Origin: an uncultured Streptococcus sp.
GTDB taxonomy: Bacteria; Bacillota; Bacilli; Lactobacillales; Streptococcaceae
NCBI RefSeq assembly: GCF_963456385.1
Contig: NZ_CAUOLF010000003.1
Span: 51,515-115,514 of the forward strand
DNA length: 64,000 bases
Direction: 5' to 3'
The translations under genes were made by a program, and so were the position numbers. Positions 39,938 through 49,850 of the stretch are shown one piece after another. Under the pieces are notes generated by a model. The model was not told where the DNA came from, did no database searches, and saw only the letters and a list, made by a program, of their open reading frames with translations. The first letter of the stretch is position 1; the number at the start of each line of letters is the position of its first letter.

Positions 39938-41005
39938 TTGAAAGACTTAGAAAAAATTATTGAGCAGATTCTTCCATTAGACAAAGACAAGGTTCAAGAA
40001 GGCCAGCGCTATTGTGATCAATTAGGGAAACCTCCGGGGTCCTTGGGAAAGCTCGAGACTATCTATGCTCGCTTGCATGCCATGTTTTCTGGACCTATTG
40101 ACCTAGAGAAGAAGATTGTCCTCGTCTATGTGGCAGATAATGGCATTGTGGCTGAAGGCGTTTCTGCCAACCCTCAGGAAACGACCTATACTGTTGCTCG
40201 CAATATTCTAGTAGGGAAATCAGGCTTGTGTGCCATTTCAGAACATGCAGGTTCAGACATCTGTCTGGTAGACATTGGCTGCAAGAAGGATATCTTTGAG
40301 GAAAATAAGGACAAGGTTTGTCATGGGACGCGCAATATGCTCAGGGAATCAGCCATGACTCGCGAGCAGGCTATAGCGGCAATTCTAGTCGGCTACAAGA
40401 AGACAGAGGCCTTGATCAAAGACGGCTATCGTCTCTTTGGAACAGGAGAAATGGGGATTGGCAACACCACCACCTCGGCTGCTGTCATTGCAGCGGTTCT
40501 CGGTCTAAAAGCAGAAGATGTCACAGGCTATGGAGCTGGTCTGACTCAGGATATGAAGGCTCATAAAACAGCCATTATCCAGCGGTGTTTGGATCGTCAT
40601 GCTCCTTATGGAGATATTCTTGATCTGACCGCTAAGCTTGGTGGGCTAGATATGCTGGCTATGGCAGGCACTCATCTCGCCTGTGCCAGCTATCAGCTGC
40701 CTTGTGTAGTGGACGGTCTTATCTCTCTGACGGGGCTTCTGATTGCCCATCAGCTGACTCCTCATGTCTTGGACTATGCATTTGCTTCCCATGCTTCGAC
40801 GGAGCCTGCTTACAAACTGGTCAGTAACTTTCTAGGACTGGAGCCCATGCTTTTGCTGGATATGCGGCTAGGTGAAGGCTCGGGCTGTCCTTTGGCTTTC
40901 TTTCTGCTGGAAAATGCTGTCTATACCATGGAGCACATGCCAACCTTTGCTGAAGGCAGCTTGAAAGAAGAAGATTATGTTGATATTCGCAAAAATGTGA
41001 CTTAA
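39938..41005 (+). CDS. cobT: nicotinate-nucleotide:dimethylbenzimidazole phosphoribosyltransferase
   Basis: KPPGSLGKLE, ADNG...EGVS, GEMGIGNTTTSAA, MRLGEGSG; TTG start after GGAGG. Confidence 0.95.
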   Translation: MKDLEKIIEQILPLDKDKVQEGQRYCDQLGKPPGSLGKLETIYARLHAMFSGPIDLEKKIVLVYVADNGIVAEGVSANPQETTYTVARNILVGKSGLCAISEHAGSDICLVDIGCKKDIFEENKDKVCHGTRNMLRESAMTREQAIAAILVGYKKTEALIKDGYRLFGTGEMGIGNTTTSAAVIAAVLGLKAEDVTGYGAGLTQDMKAHKTAIIQRCLDRHAPYGDILDLTAKLGGLDMLAMAGTHLACASYQLPCVVDGLISLTGLLIAHQLTPHVLDYAFASHASTEPAYKLVSNFLGLEPMLLLDMRLGEGSGCPLAFFLLENAVYTMEHMPTFAEGSLKEEDYVDIRKNVT

Positions 41006-41017
41006 AGGAGGAAAAAT

Positions 41018-41617
41018 ATGCAACTCTATACAAAAACAGGTGACAAGGGCTTGACCAAGCTAGTTGGCGGCCAAAGTGTTGCCAAGGATGCAGAACGAGT
41101 GAATGCTTACGGAACCATTGATGAGCTGAACTCTTGGATTGGTTATACTATTACCAAGCTGGACAAGGATGATAAGCTGAGAGATGAGCTGCTCCAGCTG
41201 CAGCATTATCTCTTTGACTGTGGTTCAGACCTCTCTACTCCTCAGGGAGTTTACCCTTATAAGGTCGATCAGCAGCTGATTGACTGGATTGAGGAGAGGA
41301 TTGATACCTACGCAGAAATTCCACCGGCTCTGGAAAGGTTTATCCTGCCAGGCGGTGACGAGATTGCTTCCATGATTCATGTGGCTCGGACCATTGCAAG
41401 ACGGGCAGAGCGTCATATCGTAGGGGCTATGTGGACTACAGAAATTAACAATAATGTCCTGATTTTTGTCAACCGTCTATCAGATTACTTCTTTGCCTTG
41501 GCTCGAGTAATCAACTTTACTAAAAACCAGGAAGACATCGCCTATGAAAGAGGTGCCAAGGTCTTCCACAATATCACCAAGGCGGATGTTGAGCGTTGGG
41601 CAAGCAAACGCCAGTGA
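41018..41617 (+). CDS. pduO: PduO-type ATP:cob(I)alamin adenosyltransferase (copy 2)
   Basis: LYTKTGDKG.T, VNAYGTIDELNS, FILPGG, ARRAER, NRLSDYFF. Confidence 0.92.
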   Translation: MQLYTKTGDKGLTKLVGGQSVAKDAERVNAYGTIDELNSWIGYTITKLDKDDKLRDELLQLQHYLFDCGSDLSTPQGVYPYKVDQQLIDWIEERIDTYAEIPPALERFILPGGDEIASMIHVARTIARRAERHIVGAMWTTEINNNVLIFVNRLSDYFFALARVINFTKNQEDIAYERGAKVFHNITKADVERWASKRQ

Positions 41618-41619
41618 CA

Positions 41620-41689
41620 AAAAGAAACAGAAAAAGTTCTGTCTTTCCAAATTGACTTTACCAAGTCTTGGAAGGACAGAACTTATTTT
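41620..41689. terminator. bidirectional terminator ending pduO (+) and the minus-strand sRNA
   Basis: AAGTTCTGTCTTTCCAA...TTGGAAGGACAGAACTT with T/A tracts on both sides. Confidence 0.8.
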
Positions 41690-41714
41690 GATCTTCTAAA
41701 AAAGAAAGCCGCCT

Positions 41715-41755
41715 ATACATCATCGTATCTTCATGCTAAGCTTCGTTGATTAGCA
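41715..41755 (-). promoter_or_regulatory. ANTAR dual hairpin within the sRNA
   Basis: Minus strand: tgctaatc-AACGAA-gcttagca, linker tgaag, atac-GATGAT-gtat. Confidence 0.75.
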
Positions 41756-41920
41756 CTAGCTTTCCAATTATTGACTCTGCTCCTTTGCAGAAAGACAAGA
41801 GAAACCTCATCTTTAGAAAATTAACGTACTTAAACGTAGAGTCAATAATGGAAACTAAGCTAAAATGTTTGTTCCAAACTGACATCACTACCTTACATCG
41901 AGGCATGAAATCTACTAAAA

Positions 41921-42009
41921 TTTAAGAATAAAGACCTGACTTAAAGCTGAAAAGCTTATCACAGTGGCGGGACCGCGCTGGATTTGCACCAGACTTCCAT
42001 ATCCTTAAA
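41921..42009 (-). promoter_or_regulatory. cobalamin (AdoCbl) riboswitch aptamer, compact eut-type
   Basis: Minus strand GGAAGTCTGGTGCAAATCCAGCGCGGTCCCGCCACTGTGA...AAGTCAGGTC (T-loop and B12 box), closed by TTTAAGGATA/TATTCTTAAA. Confidence 0.92.
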
Positions 42010-42038
42010 AGTACTAAAATCAATTTCCTAGTAACTAG

Positions 42039-42067
42039 ATTGTAACACCTTTCACAGGGAATTACAA
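42039..42067 (-). promoter_or_regulatory. sigma-A promoter for the riboswitch sRNA
   Basis: Minus strand TTGTAA, 17 bp spacer ending in TGt, then TACAAT. Confidence 0.7.
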
Positions 42068-42168
42068 GGAAAATGAACTAAATTTTAATAAAAATTTAAT
42101 CCTTCAAATAAGCTTGGCTTTGCAAGGAGAAGCGGCACTAAAAACTTCTTATATTAATGACTTTTTTA

Positions 42169-42197
42169 TTGCCATGAAAGCGCTTTTGTGTTATAAT
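42169..42197 (+). promoter_or_regulatory. eutG promoter with cre site in the spacer
   Basis: TTGCCA-17bp-TATAAT with TG extension; TGAAAGCGCTTTTG at 42175-42188. Confidence 0.85.
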
Positions 42198-42204
42198 TCA
42201 ATAT

Positions 42205-42302
42205 AGTACAAAGGGGTACTGAAGATAAATAAGCAATGAAGCTATATGAAAATGCTGTGACGTGTGTAGGGGAGCAGTCTTATTTTCATATAGTTTCTTT
42301 TT
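42205..42302 (+). promoter_or_regulatory. ANTAR dual hairpin overlapping an intrinsic terminator (eutG leader)
   Basis: agtac-AAAGGG-gtact; agc-AATGAA-gct; terminator GAAGCTATATGAAAAT/ATTTTCATATAGTTTC plus T run. Confidence 0.92.
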
Positions 42303-42335
42303 GTTTAAAAACAGATACAACAGAAAGGAGAAAAG

Positions 42336-43478
42336 ATGTATAAGATTTCCTATAAGACTGAATTGCATGTGGGCAAGGGCGCTCTGCAGCAATTAAGCCA
42401 TTATAAAAACGAGCATATTTTAGTCGTTGCCGATCCTTTTTTGAAGACATCTGGCACGCTGGATGCTATTTTAGCCAACTTTGATGACAGCAATGATATT
42501 GTTGTTTTCACAGATATTGTGCCTGATCCGCCAATCGAAACAGTTGTGGCTGGTATCAAGAGTGCAGGAGACAGACCAATCAGCATTGTGCTTTCTATTG
42601 GCGGAGGCTCTGCCATTGATGCTTCCAAGGCTATGTATTATTTTGCCAAGAAGCAGGGTGCCTTCTCAGAGGCCATTCTCATTGCCATTCCTACAACGAG
42701 CGGAACTGGATCTGAAGTAACGTCCTTTTCTGTCATCACGGATTCAGAGAGAGGGACCAAATATCCTTTAGTGACCAAAGAAATCCTTCCGGATGTTGCA
42801 ATCTTAGATGCGGATTTGGTTCTGTCCCTTCCTGGTAACATAACGGCTGACACTGGAATGGATGTACTGACCCATGCCATTGAAGCTTATGTATCGACCA
42901 AGGCTACGGACTTCTCTGATGCCTTGGCTGAAAAGGCGATCAAGCTGGTCTTTGAATACTTGCCTAAAGCCTACAAAAATGGTCAGGATGTAGAAGCGCG
43001 TGAAAAGATGCATGCAGCATCCACTCTGGCTGGTATGGCCTTTAACACAGCTTCTTTGGGTATCAATCACAGTCTGGCACATGCGGCAGGAGCTAAGTTC
43101 CATGTACCTCATGGTCGTTTAAACAGTATTTTAATGCCCCATGTCATTCAGTATAATGCTGGTATCGAATTCAACAATCGGAACCGGCAGGCGACAGACA
43201 AGACTGTAGCGAGCCGCTATCAAGATATTGCCAAACTATTGGGATGCAGTGCTTCAAGTCCTGTGTCAGGAGTAAGACAGCTGGTTGAAGCCATCAAGAA
43301 ACTACAAAGAAAGCTGGAGATGCCAACTTCTCTCAGAGAATATGGTGTGAAAGCAGATGCTTTTGCTCAGTACAAGGTAGAAATTTCAGAAGCTGCTCTG
43401 CATGATGGCTGTACTCCGACTAACCCTCGCGTCCCTACGGCAGAAGAACTGCTTAAAGTATTAGAGAAAGCGTTTTAA
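42336..43478 (+). CDS. eutG: iron-containing alcohol dehydrogenase (EutG/PduQ type)
   Basis: [47 protein letters not shown]. Confidence 0.9.
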   Translation: MYKISYKTELHVGKGALQQLSHYKNEHILVVADPFLKTSGTLDAILANFDDSNDIVVFTDIVPDPPIETVVAGIKSAGDRPISIVLSIGGGSAIDASKAMYYFAKKQGAFSEAILIAIPTTSGTGSEVTSFSVITDSERGTKYPLVTKEILPDVAILDADLVLSLPGNITADTGMDVLTHAIEAYVSTKATDFSDALAEKAIKLVFEYLPKAYKNGQDVEAREKMHAASTLAGMAFNTASLGINHSLAHAAGAKFHVPHGRLNSILMPHVIQYNAGIEFNNRNRQATDKTVASRYQDIAKLLGCSASSPVSGVRQLVEAIKKLQRKLEMPTSLREYGVKADAFAQYKVEISEAALHDGCTPTNPRVPTAEELLKVLEKAF

Positions 43479-43487
43479 TCCTCTGAA

Positions 43488-43516
43488 TTGCTGTTATGCC
43501 AAAATTATTGTATAAT
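43488..43516 (+). promoter_or_regulatory. probable promoter for eutS-eutV-eutW
   Basis: TTGCTG at 43488, 17 bp spacer, TATAAT at 43511-43516. Confidence 0.65.
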
Positions 43517-43574
43517 GATTAAGAGCATGCAGTACACTTCTGAAGGTTTAAAATCATGAAGAAGGTTTACTAAA

Positions 43575-43919
43575 TTGGAAGAAAAACAAAGAATGATACA
43601 GGAATACGTTCCTGGGAAACAAGTGACCTTGGCGCACCTTATCGCTAATCCTGATGAAGTCATTTTTGAAAAATTAGGATTGCAGGCAGAAATCAAGGAT
43701 GCGATTGGAATCTTGACGATCACTCCGAGTGAAGCGGCTATCATTGCGGTTGATATTGCGACCAAGGCTGCGGATGTTCAAGTTGGTTTTGTGGATCGTT
43801 TCAGCGGCTCTGTCGTGATGACAGGTGACGTTTCTTCTGTTGAGGCAGCTCTCATTGCCGTTTTACAAGGTCTGGAAGAGATTTTGGGCTTCTCCAGCAC
43901 TGTCGTAACGCGGACATAA
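43575..43919 (+). CDS. eutS: BMC shell protein EutS/PduU
   Basis: [41 protein letters not shown] start. Confidence 0.95.
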   Translation: MEEKQRMIQEYVPGKQVTLAHLIANPDEVIFEKLGLQAEIKDAIGILTITPSEAAIIAVDIATKAADVQVGFVDRFSGSVVMTGDVSSVEAALIAVLQGLEEILGFSSTVVTRT

Positions 43920-43943
43920 AAAATCAAACTGTCGAGGGGAAGT

Positions 43944-44519
43944 ATGAAAGGCAGAATACTAATTGTTGATGATGATCCAATTGTAAGATTAGATATCCGA
44001 AATATATTAGAAGCAGCTGATTATGAAGTGGTGGCTGAGGCATCCGATGGCTTTGAGGCTATTGATTTGTGTCAGAAATATCGTTGTGACTTGGTCATGA
44101 TGGACATCAAGCTTCCGCTTCTAGATGGCCTGACAGCGGGTAAGAAGATACTCGAAGATGCTTTAGCCTACAGTGTGATTCTACTGTCAGCCTACAGTGA
44201 AGAACACTATGTTCAAAAAGCTAAAACCAATGGGATTAGTGCTTACTTGGTTAAACCTTTGGATGCCAAATCCTTGATTCCTATGGTAGAGGTCTGCATT
44301 GAGAAGGGCCGCCAGCTTCAGCAGATGTCCAATGAAATGGTCAAGCTGTCGAAAAAGATAGACGATCGGATTGTGATTGAAAAGGCCAAAGGCTTACTGA
44401 TGGCTCGTGATCATTTGTCAGAGCCAGAAGCTTTCAAGCGCATTCGGACAATTAGTATGCAAAAGAGAGTGCCGATGATTGAGATTGCTAAATTGCTGGT
44501 GCTCCAAGATGATGTGTAA
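43944..44519 (+). CDS. eutV: ANTAR-domain response regulator
   Basis: Receiver domain (IVDDD, MDIKLP..DG, YLVKP) plus ANTAR domain (IEKAKGLLM, AF..IR..SM). Confidence 0.95.
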   Translation: MKGRILIVDDDPIVRLDIRNILEAADYEVVAEASDGFEAIDLCQKYRCDLVMMDIKLPLLDGLTAGKKILEDALAYSVILLSAYSEEHYVQKAKTNGISAYLVKPLDAKSLIPMVEVCIEKGRQLQQMSNEMVKLSKKIDDRIVIEKAKGLLMARDHLSEPEAFKRIRTISMQKRVPMIEIAKLLVLQDDV

Positions 44520-45955
44520 TGATGTATAAAGATAAGATAAAGCAGCTTTGTCAGGAACAGACAAATTTGGATGAGGCTGATATCGAGCATCTTGTCCAAC
44601 AGGCTGACGAATTATTGAAAAACTCAGCTTATGCCAATGAAGATGTCTTCATTGATGTAAAGAACATCTTTTCGGAACATGCCATTGTCATCTTTCACAA
44701 AAAACCGGAAAGCAAGCTCAGCTTGTACGAAAACTCGGTTGTAGGTGCTATGGCCTATCTGGAAAATGAGCCAGGTGTTATCCGGACCTTGGAGACGGGC
44801 GCTCCTTCGATAGGGCTTTCGGCCAGATCGCAGGAGGGCTTAGCCATCCATCAGACGGTCTTTCCGATAGTGAGAGAAGAGCGCGTCATTGGAACGCTGA
44901 TTATCGAAAGAAATGCTCCTCAGACTTTACCGGACCACTTTTCTTTAGATAAAGAGAACGACGGTTTTGAGTTACGGAGCACTCCTGAGATTTCAGCCCA
45001 AGAGCAGTTTGTTTTATTTGATCATATAGATGAAGCTTGTCTGGTCTTTGACCAGCAGGGTTATCTCAAGTATTTCAATCAAGCAGCCGCTGATTCTTAT
45101 CGCCATAAGCTGGGCTATATGGACTCGATTGAAGGAATGCACTATAGCAATCTGGTCTTAGACAGTCTGACTTTTGAAGAAATCCAGCAACTGGGACCGC
45201 AAGCCCCTCAAGAAAAACCTCACCAAGTTGAGGTACATTATGGCACTTATTGCTTTTTGGTCAAGCGCTACCTGCTGGCTGAGAGTGAAAATGTGGTCAT
45301 GATCTGTAAGGATATTACAGATATTAAGGAAAAGGAAGCGCAGCTCTTAACCCATACAACTACCATTCGTGAAATGAACCATCGGGTAAAGAATAACTTG
45401 CAAACCGTTGTTTCCTTGCTACGACTACAGGCTCAGCAAAGTCCAGGAGCAGACACCAAAAAAGCTCTTAATGACAGTATGAACCGTGTGCTCTCCATAG
45501 CGGCGACCCACGAGCTCCTGTCTTCTCAGCAGGATGACAGCATTCAGATTGAGCATCTGCTGAAAAAAGTTATCGAAAATGTTCAGCGCTGTTTTTCCGG
45601 GCATAGGGAAATAACCCTGACCTACAGCCTGGAACCGGAACTCTGTCTCGACAGCAGCCGGGCTACTTCACTGGCACTAATCGTCAATGAATTACTGCAG
45701 AACAGCTATGAACATGCTTTTAAGGACAAAAAAAATCCAGAAAAACCGCAAATCCGTTTGCAGGTTGGACTTAAAAATGATATAATAACTTTAAAAGCAC
45801 TGGATAATGGTAGCGGTTACAATCGAGAGCATTCCTTTGAGAATCATTTGGGTCTACTCTTGGTGGAGCGCTTTGTCCAAGGAAAATTGTTTGGAACCTT
45901 GTCTATCCACTCAGACTATGAGGGAACGACAACGACCATTCGTTTTAAAAAATAA
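44519..45955 (+). CDS. eutW: ethanolamine-sensing cytoplasmic histidine kinase
   Basis: EPGV.RT, HisKA_2 motif EMNHRVKNNLQ, NELLQNSYEHAF, DNG.G, LGL. Confidence 0.93.
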   Translation: MMYKDKIKQLCQEQTNLDEADIEHLVQQADELLKNSAYANEDVFIDVKNIFSEHAIVIFHKKPESKLSLYENSVVGAMAYLENEPGVIRTLETGAPSIGLSARSQEGLAIHQTVFPIVREERVIGTLIIERNAPQTLPDHFSLDKENDGFELRSTPEISAQEQFVLFDHIDEACLVFDQQGYLKYFNQAAADSYRHKLGYMDSIEGMHYSNLVLDSLTFEEIQQLGPQAPQEKPHQVEVHYGTYCFLVKRYLLAESENVVMICKDITDIKEKEAQLLTHTTTIREMNHRVKNNLQTVVSLLRLQAQQSPGADTKKALNDSMNRVLSIAATHELLSSQQDDSIQIEHLLKKVIENVQRCFSGHREITLTYSLEPELCLDSSRATSLALIVNELLQNSYEHAFKDKKNPEKPQIRLQVGLKNDIITLKALDNGSGYNREHSFENHLGLLLVERFVQGKLFGTLSIHSDYEGTTTTIRFKK

Positions 45956-45964
45956 ATACTACCA

Positions 45965-46055
45965 GACTAACAATGATGTCAGTCGAAAAAAGCAATGACG
46001 CTTGAAGAATGTAAATGAACTCAGTTTGTTTGCATTACTTTGAGCGTCTTTTTTT
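45965..46055 (+). promoter_or_regulatory. ANTAR dual hairpin overlapping an intrinsic terminator (eutA leader)
   Basis: gactaac-AATGAT-gtcagtc; aagc-AATGAC-gctt; terminator GACGCTTGAAG/CTTTGAGCGTC plus T7. Confidence 0.92.
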
Positions 46056-46068
46056 GGAGGTTTTTAGT

Positions 46069-47502
46069 ATGTCAGATAAAATTTTGAGTGTGGGGCTTGA
46101 TATCGGGACAGCCACTACACAGCTGATCTTGTCAGAGCTTACCATCGAGAATATTGCTTCTGTGTTTACTATTCCTCGTGTCTATATTACAGATAAAAAA
46201 GTTCTTTATAAAAGTGAAATTATCTTCACACCAATTTCGGATCAACTTTTGATCGAGGTGGATAAGATCAAAAACTTTGTTCTGAATGAGTATGCGAAGG
46301 CAGGCATTCAGAAAAAAGATATTCAGATGGGAGCAGTCATCATTACTGGTGAGACGGCTCGCAAGGAAAATGCCAGTCAGGTGCTCCAAGCGCTGAGTGG
46401 TTATGCTGGTGACTTTGTTGTTGCGACGGCTGGGCCAGACCTTGAGAGTATCATCGCTGGTAAAGGGGCCTGCAGCCATCAGTATTCCCAAGAGCATCAT
46501 ACATCAGTCGTCAATATTGATATTGGTGGGGGGACTTCCAATCTGGCAGTTTTCCGAGAAGGAGATGTGATTGATACAGGGTGTTTTGATATCGGAGGTC
46601 GGCTGATAAAAATGGATCCGCAGACCCAGCGGATTAGCTATATTGCTCCAAAACTGCAGACTATTATTGCAGAGCAGGGGCTTCAGCTTGCAGTTGGTGA
46701 AACGGTCCATCGGGCTGATTTGGATCGGCTGATTCAAGAAATGGTCTCCGTATTAGAACAGTCTGTAGGAATTGACAATCACAGTCCTTACTATGAGCTC
46801 CTACAGACCAACCACGGTCTCAAGTTGAACTATGATCTCCACTGCGTATCTTTCTCTGGTGGTGTAGCTGATGGAATATACTTGGAAACGACCTCGGCGG
46901 ATGATTTCCGCTATGGAGATATCGGTATCCTGCTTGGCAGAGCGCTGAGCAAATCCAAGATTTTTGATCAAAAGAAAGTCATCCAGTCAGCTGAGACCAT
47001 TCGGGCAACCGTTGTTGGAGCAGGCAGCCATACGACTGATGTCAGCGGCAGTACCATTACCTACATCTCTGATATCCTCCCTATTAAGAACATTCCAGTT
47101 CTCAAACTGGCTGCTTCTGATGAGCATGAGGATAAGGAGGGACTGCAGCAGATTATCAAGGACAAGGTGGCCTGGTTCACACTGGAAAATGAAGTCCAGC
47201 AGGTGGCTTTGGCAATCAATGGAGAAAAAAGCCCAAGCTTCGCCCGGGTTTTGGAATACGCAGAGGCTATTGTTGGCGGAATGAGCGAAAGCATTGAAAA
47301 GAAAATTCCGCTGCTAGTGGTGGTCAGAGAAGATATGGCCAAGGTTTTAGGTCAATGTCTCTTTGCTCAGTTGCCTAAGGATTATCCATTTGTCTGCATT
47401 GACTCAGTGGATGTTCAAAATGGCGACTATATTGATATTGGTAATCCAGTCATTGAAGGCTCGGTCTTACCGATTGTCGTGAAAACATTGGTGTTTAATT
47501 AA
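46069..47502 (+). CDS. eutA: ethanolamine ammonia-lyase reactivating factor
   Basis: LSVGLDIGTATTQ, IITGETARKENA, DFVVATAGPDLES, ETIRATVVGAG; ATG 46069 after GGAGG. Confidence 0.96.
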   Translation: MSDKILSVGLDIGTATTQLILSELTIENIASVFTIPRVYITDKKVLYKSEIIFTPISDQLLIEVDKIKNFVLNEYAKAGIQKKDIQMGAVIITGETARKENASQVLQALSGYAGDFVVATAGPDLESIIAGKGACSHQYSQEHHTSVVNIDIGGGTSNLAVFREGDVIDTGCFDIGGRLIKMDPQTQRISYIAPKLQTIIAEQGLQLAVGETVHRADLDRLIQEMVSVLEQSVGIDNHSPYYELLQTNHGLKLNYDLHCVSFSGGVADGIYLETTSADDFRYGDIGILLGRALSKSKIFDQKKVIQSAETIRATVVGAGSHTTDVSGSTITYISDILPIKNIPVLKLAASDEHEDKEGLQQIIKDKVAWFTLENEVQQVALAINGEKSPSFARVLEYAEAIVGGMSESIEKKIPLLVVVREDMAKVLGQCLFAQLPKDYPFVCIDSVDVQNGDYIDIGNPVIEGSVLPIVVKTLVFN

Positions 47503-47533
47503 ACTTTTATTAACACAAAGGAGGAAGTAATCC

Positions 47534-48904
47534 ATGATTTTGAAAACAAAATTGTTTGGTCGGCTTTACGAATTTAAATCCGTAAAAGAAGTGCTGGCCA
47601 AAGCCAATGAGTACAAATCCGGAGACCAGCTAGCCGGAGTAGCAGCAGAATCTGCTGAAGAGCGTGTCGCTGCTAAGGTTGTACTAGCTCAGCTGAAACT
47701 GTCTGATTTGTTCAATAATCCGGTAGTGCCTTATGAAGAAGATGAAGTAACACGGATTATCATTGACGACGTCAATCTTCGTACTTACGAAAAGATTAAG
47801 AACTGGACAGTAGAAGAACTGCGTGAGTGGATCTTGGATAACAAGACTAAGAACGTGGACATTCAGTGGCTGTCTCGTGGGTTGACTTCTGAAATGGTAG
47901 CAGCGGTTGCTAAGTTGATGACCAACTTGGACTTGATTGTAGCTGCCAATAAGATTGTCATTACCAAACATGCCAATACAACGATTGGTATGCCGGGAAC
48001 ATTCTCTTCTCGTCTTCAACCAAACCATACCACAGACGATCCAGACGGGATTATGGCTTCTACTATGGAAGGTTTTGCCTATGGATGTGGGGATGCTCTC
48101 TTAGGATTGAACCCAGTAGACGACTCAGTAGAAAGCGTCAAGCGGGTCTTGCATAAGTTTAACGACTTCATCGAAGAGTACAAGATTCCAACTCAGCACT
48201 GTGTGCTAGCTCACGTTACTACTCAGATTGAAGCCATGAATCAAGGTGCTCCGACAGGATTGGTCTTCCAGTCTATCGCTGGTTCTGAAAAAGGAAATGA
48301 AGCCTTTGGTTTTGATGCTAAAATCATTCAAGAAGCTTGGGATACAGCTCTGAAAGTGGGAACAGCTGCTGGGCCGAATGTCATGTACTTTGAAACAGGT
48401 CAAGGTTCTGAACTTTCATCTGATGCTCACCATGGAGCAGACCAAGTGACTATGGAAGCTCGTTGTTATGGTTTCGCTAAACGCTTCGATCCATTCTTGG
48501 TGAACACCGTTGTTGGATTCATCGGACCTGAATATCTCTATGATTCTAAGCAGGTTATCCGGGCTGGTTTGGAAGACCACTTCATGGGCAAACTGACTGG
48601 TATCTCAATGGGTTGTGATATCTGTTACACTAACCACATGAAAGCTGACCAAAACGATGCTGAAAATCTCTTGGTTCTTCTCGGAGCAGCTAATGTTAAC
48701 TACATCATGGCGATTCCTCATGGTGACGATATCATGCTTAACTATCAAACAACTGGTTACCATGAAACAGCAACCATGCGTTCACTTCTCAACAAACGTC
48801 CAATCAAGGAATTTGAAGAGTGGATGGAAAAGATGGGCTTGATGGAAGATGGCCACCTGACAGAAATCGGCGGAGACGGCTCCATCTTTATGAGACAAAA
48901 TTAG
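47534..48904 (+). CDS. eutB: ethanolamine ammonia-lyase large subunit
   Basis: [52 protein letters not shown]. Confidence 0.98.
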   Translation: MILKTKLFGRLYEFKSVKEVLAKANEYKSGDQLAGVAAESAEERVAAKVVLAQLKLSDLFNNPVVPYEEDEVTRIIIDDVNLRTYEKIKNWTVEELREWILDNKTKNVDIQWLSRGLTSEMVAAVAKLMTNLDLIVAANKIVITKHANTTIGMPGTFSSRLQPNHTTDDPDGIMASTMEGFAYGCGDALLGLNPVDDSVESVKRVLHKFNDFIEEYKIPTQHCVLAHVTTQIEAMNQGAPTGLVFQSIAGSEKGNEAFGFDAKIIQEAWDTALKVGTAAGPNVMYFETGQGSELSSDAHHGADQVTMEARCYGFAKRFDPFLVNTVVGFIGPEYLYDSKQVIRAGLEDHFMGKLTGISMGCDICYTNHMKADQNDAENLLVLLGAANVNYIMAIPHGDDIMLNYQTTGYHETATMRSLLNKRPIKEFEEWMEKMGLMEDGHLTEIGGDGSIFMRQN

Positions 48905-48920
48905 CAAGGAGGAAATCATT

Positions 48921-49841
48921 GTGGATGAATTGCAATTAAAAGAAATGATTCGCTCATTGTTAAATGAGATGGGCGGCGACTCAGCTGTTAAAGAAACAGC
49001 AGCGACTGACCAGAATAAAGCTGAAAAACCTGCGGTTTCTCTGCAGGAGGAAGTCAAACAAGACACTTCAGTGATTGAAGATGGCATCATTCCGGATATA
49101 ACAGAAGTAGATATTCAGGAACAGTTCTTGGTTCCAAATGCCATCAATGAAGAAGCCTACAGGAAGATTAAGAAATTTACTCCGGCACGTCTGGGCTTAT
49201 GGCGGGCAGGTGATCGCTACAAGACACAAAGTGTTTTGCGTTTCCGTGCAGACCATGCGGCAGCTCAGGATGCGGTCTTCTCTTACGTATCTGATGAATT
49301 TGTTAAGGAAATGGGCTTCATTCCTGTACAGACCAAGGCAGCAACTAAGGATGAGTACTTGACACGTCCAGATTTTGGCCGCATCTTCCCAGAAGATCAG
49401 CAGGCGATTATCAAGGAAAAATGCAAACCTAATGCCAAAGTTCAGATTGTCGTTGGTGATGGTCTTAGCTCATCAGCTATCGAGGCTAATGTTAAAGACT
49501 TCTTGCCGGCTCTGAAACAAGGTCTGAAAATGTTCGGACTGGACTTTGGTGAGGTACTCTTTATCAAGCATGCTCGGGTGGCGGCTATGGACCAAATCGC
49601 AGAGCTGACTGGTGCAGAAGTTATTTGTATGCTGGTTGGTGAGCGTCCAGGTCTGGTAACAGCTGAGTCCATGAGTGCTTATCTGGCTTACAAGCCAACA
49701 GTTGGTATGCCGGAAGCGAAACGGACTGTTGTTTCCAATATTCATAAAGGCGGAACACCAGCCGTTGAAGCTGGAGCCTATGTAGCAGAAATCATTAAGA
49801 AGATTCTTGATAATAAGAAATCAGGAATTGATTTGAAATAA
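48921..49841 (+). CDS. eutC: ethanolamine ammonia-lyase small subunit
   Basis: [46 protein letters not shown] start. Confidence 0.97.
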   Translation: MDELQLKEMIRSLLNEMGGDSAVKETAATDQNKAEKPAVSLQEEVKQDTSVIEDGIIPDITEVDIQEQFLVPNAINEEAYRKIKKFTPARLGLWRAGDRYKTQSVLRFRADHAAAQDAVFSYVSDEFVKEMGFIPVQTKAATKDEYLTRPDFGRIFPEDQQAIIKEKCKPNAKVQIVVGDGLSSSAIEANVKDFLPALKQGLKMFGLDFGEVLFIKHARVAAMDQIAELTGAEVICMLVGERPGLVTAESMSAYLAYKPTVGMPEAKRTVVSNIHKGGTPAVEAGAYVAEIIKKILDNKKSGIDLK

Positions 49842-49850
49842 TAGGAGGTA

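Larger units (their letters stand above)
41625..42032 (-). ncRNA. EutX/Rli55-like riboswitch-controlled ANTAR-sequestering sRNA (ends approximate)
   Basis: Promoter, Cbl aptamer, long stem, ANTAR dual hairpin and terminator in order on the minus strand; no substantial ORF. Confidence 0.75.

Noticed and set aside
41757..41787. SD-like AAAGGAG on the minus strand inside the sRNA
   Set aside because: Followed only by a distant TTG and a 3-codon frame.
42115..42135. GCAAGGAGAAGC resembling an ANTAR loop
   Set aside because: No closing stem or partner hairpin, and it lies upstream of both divergent promoters.
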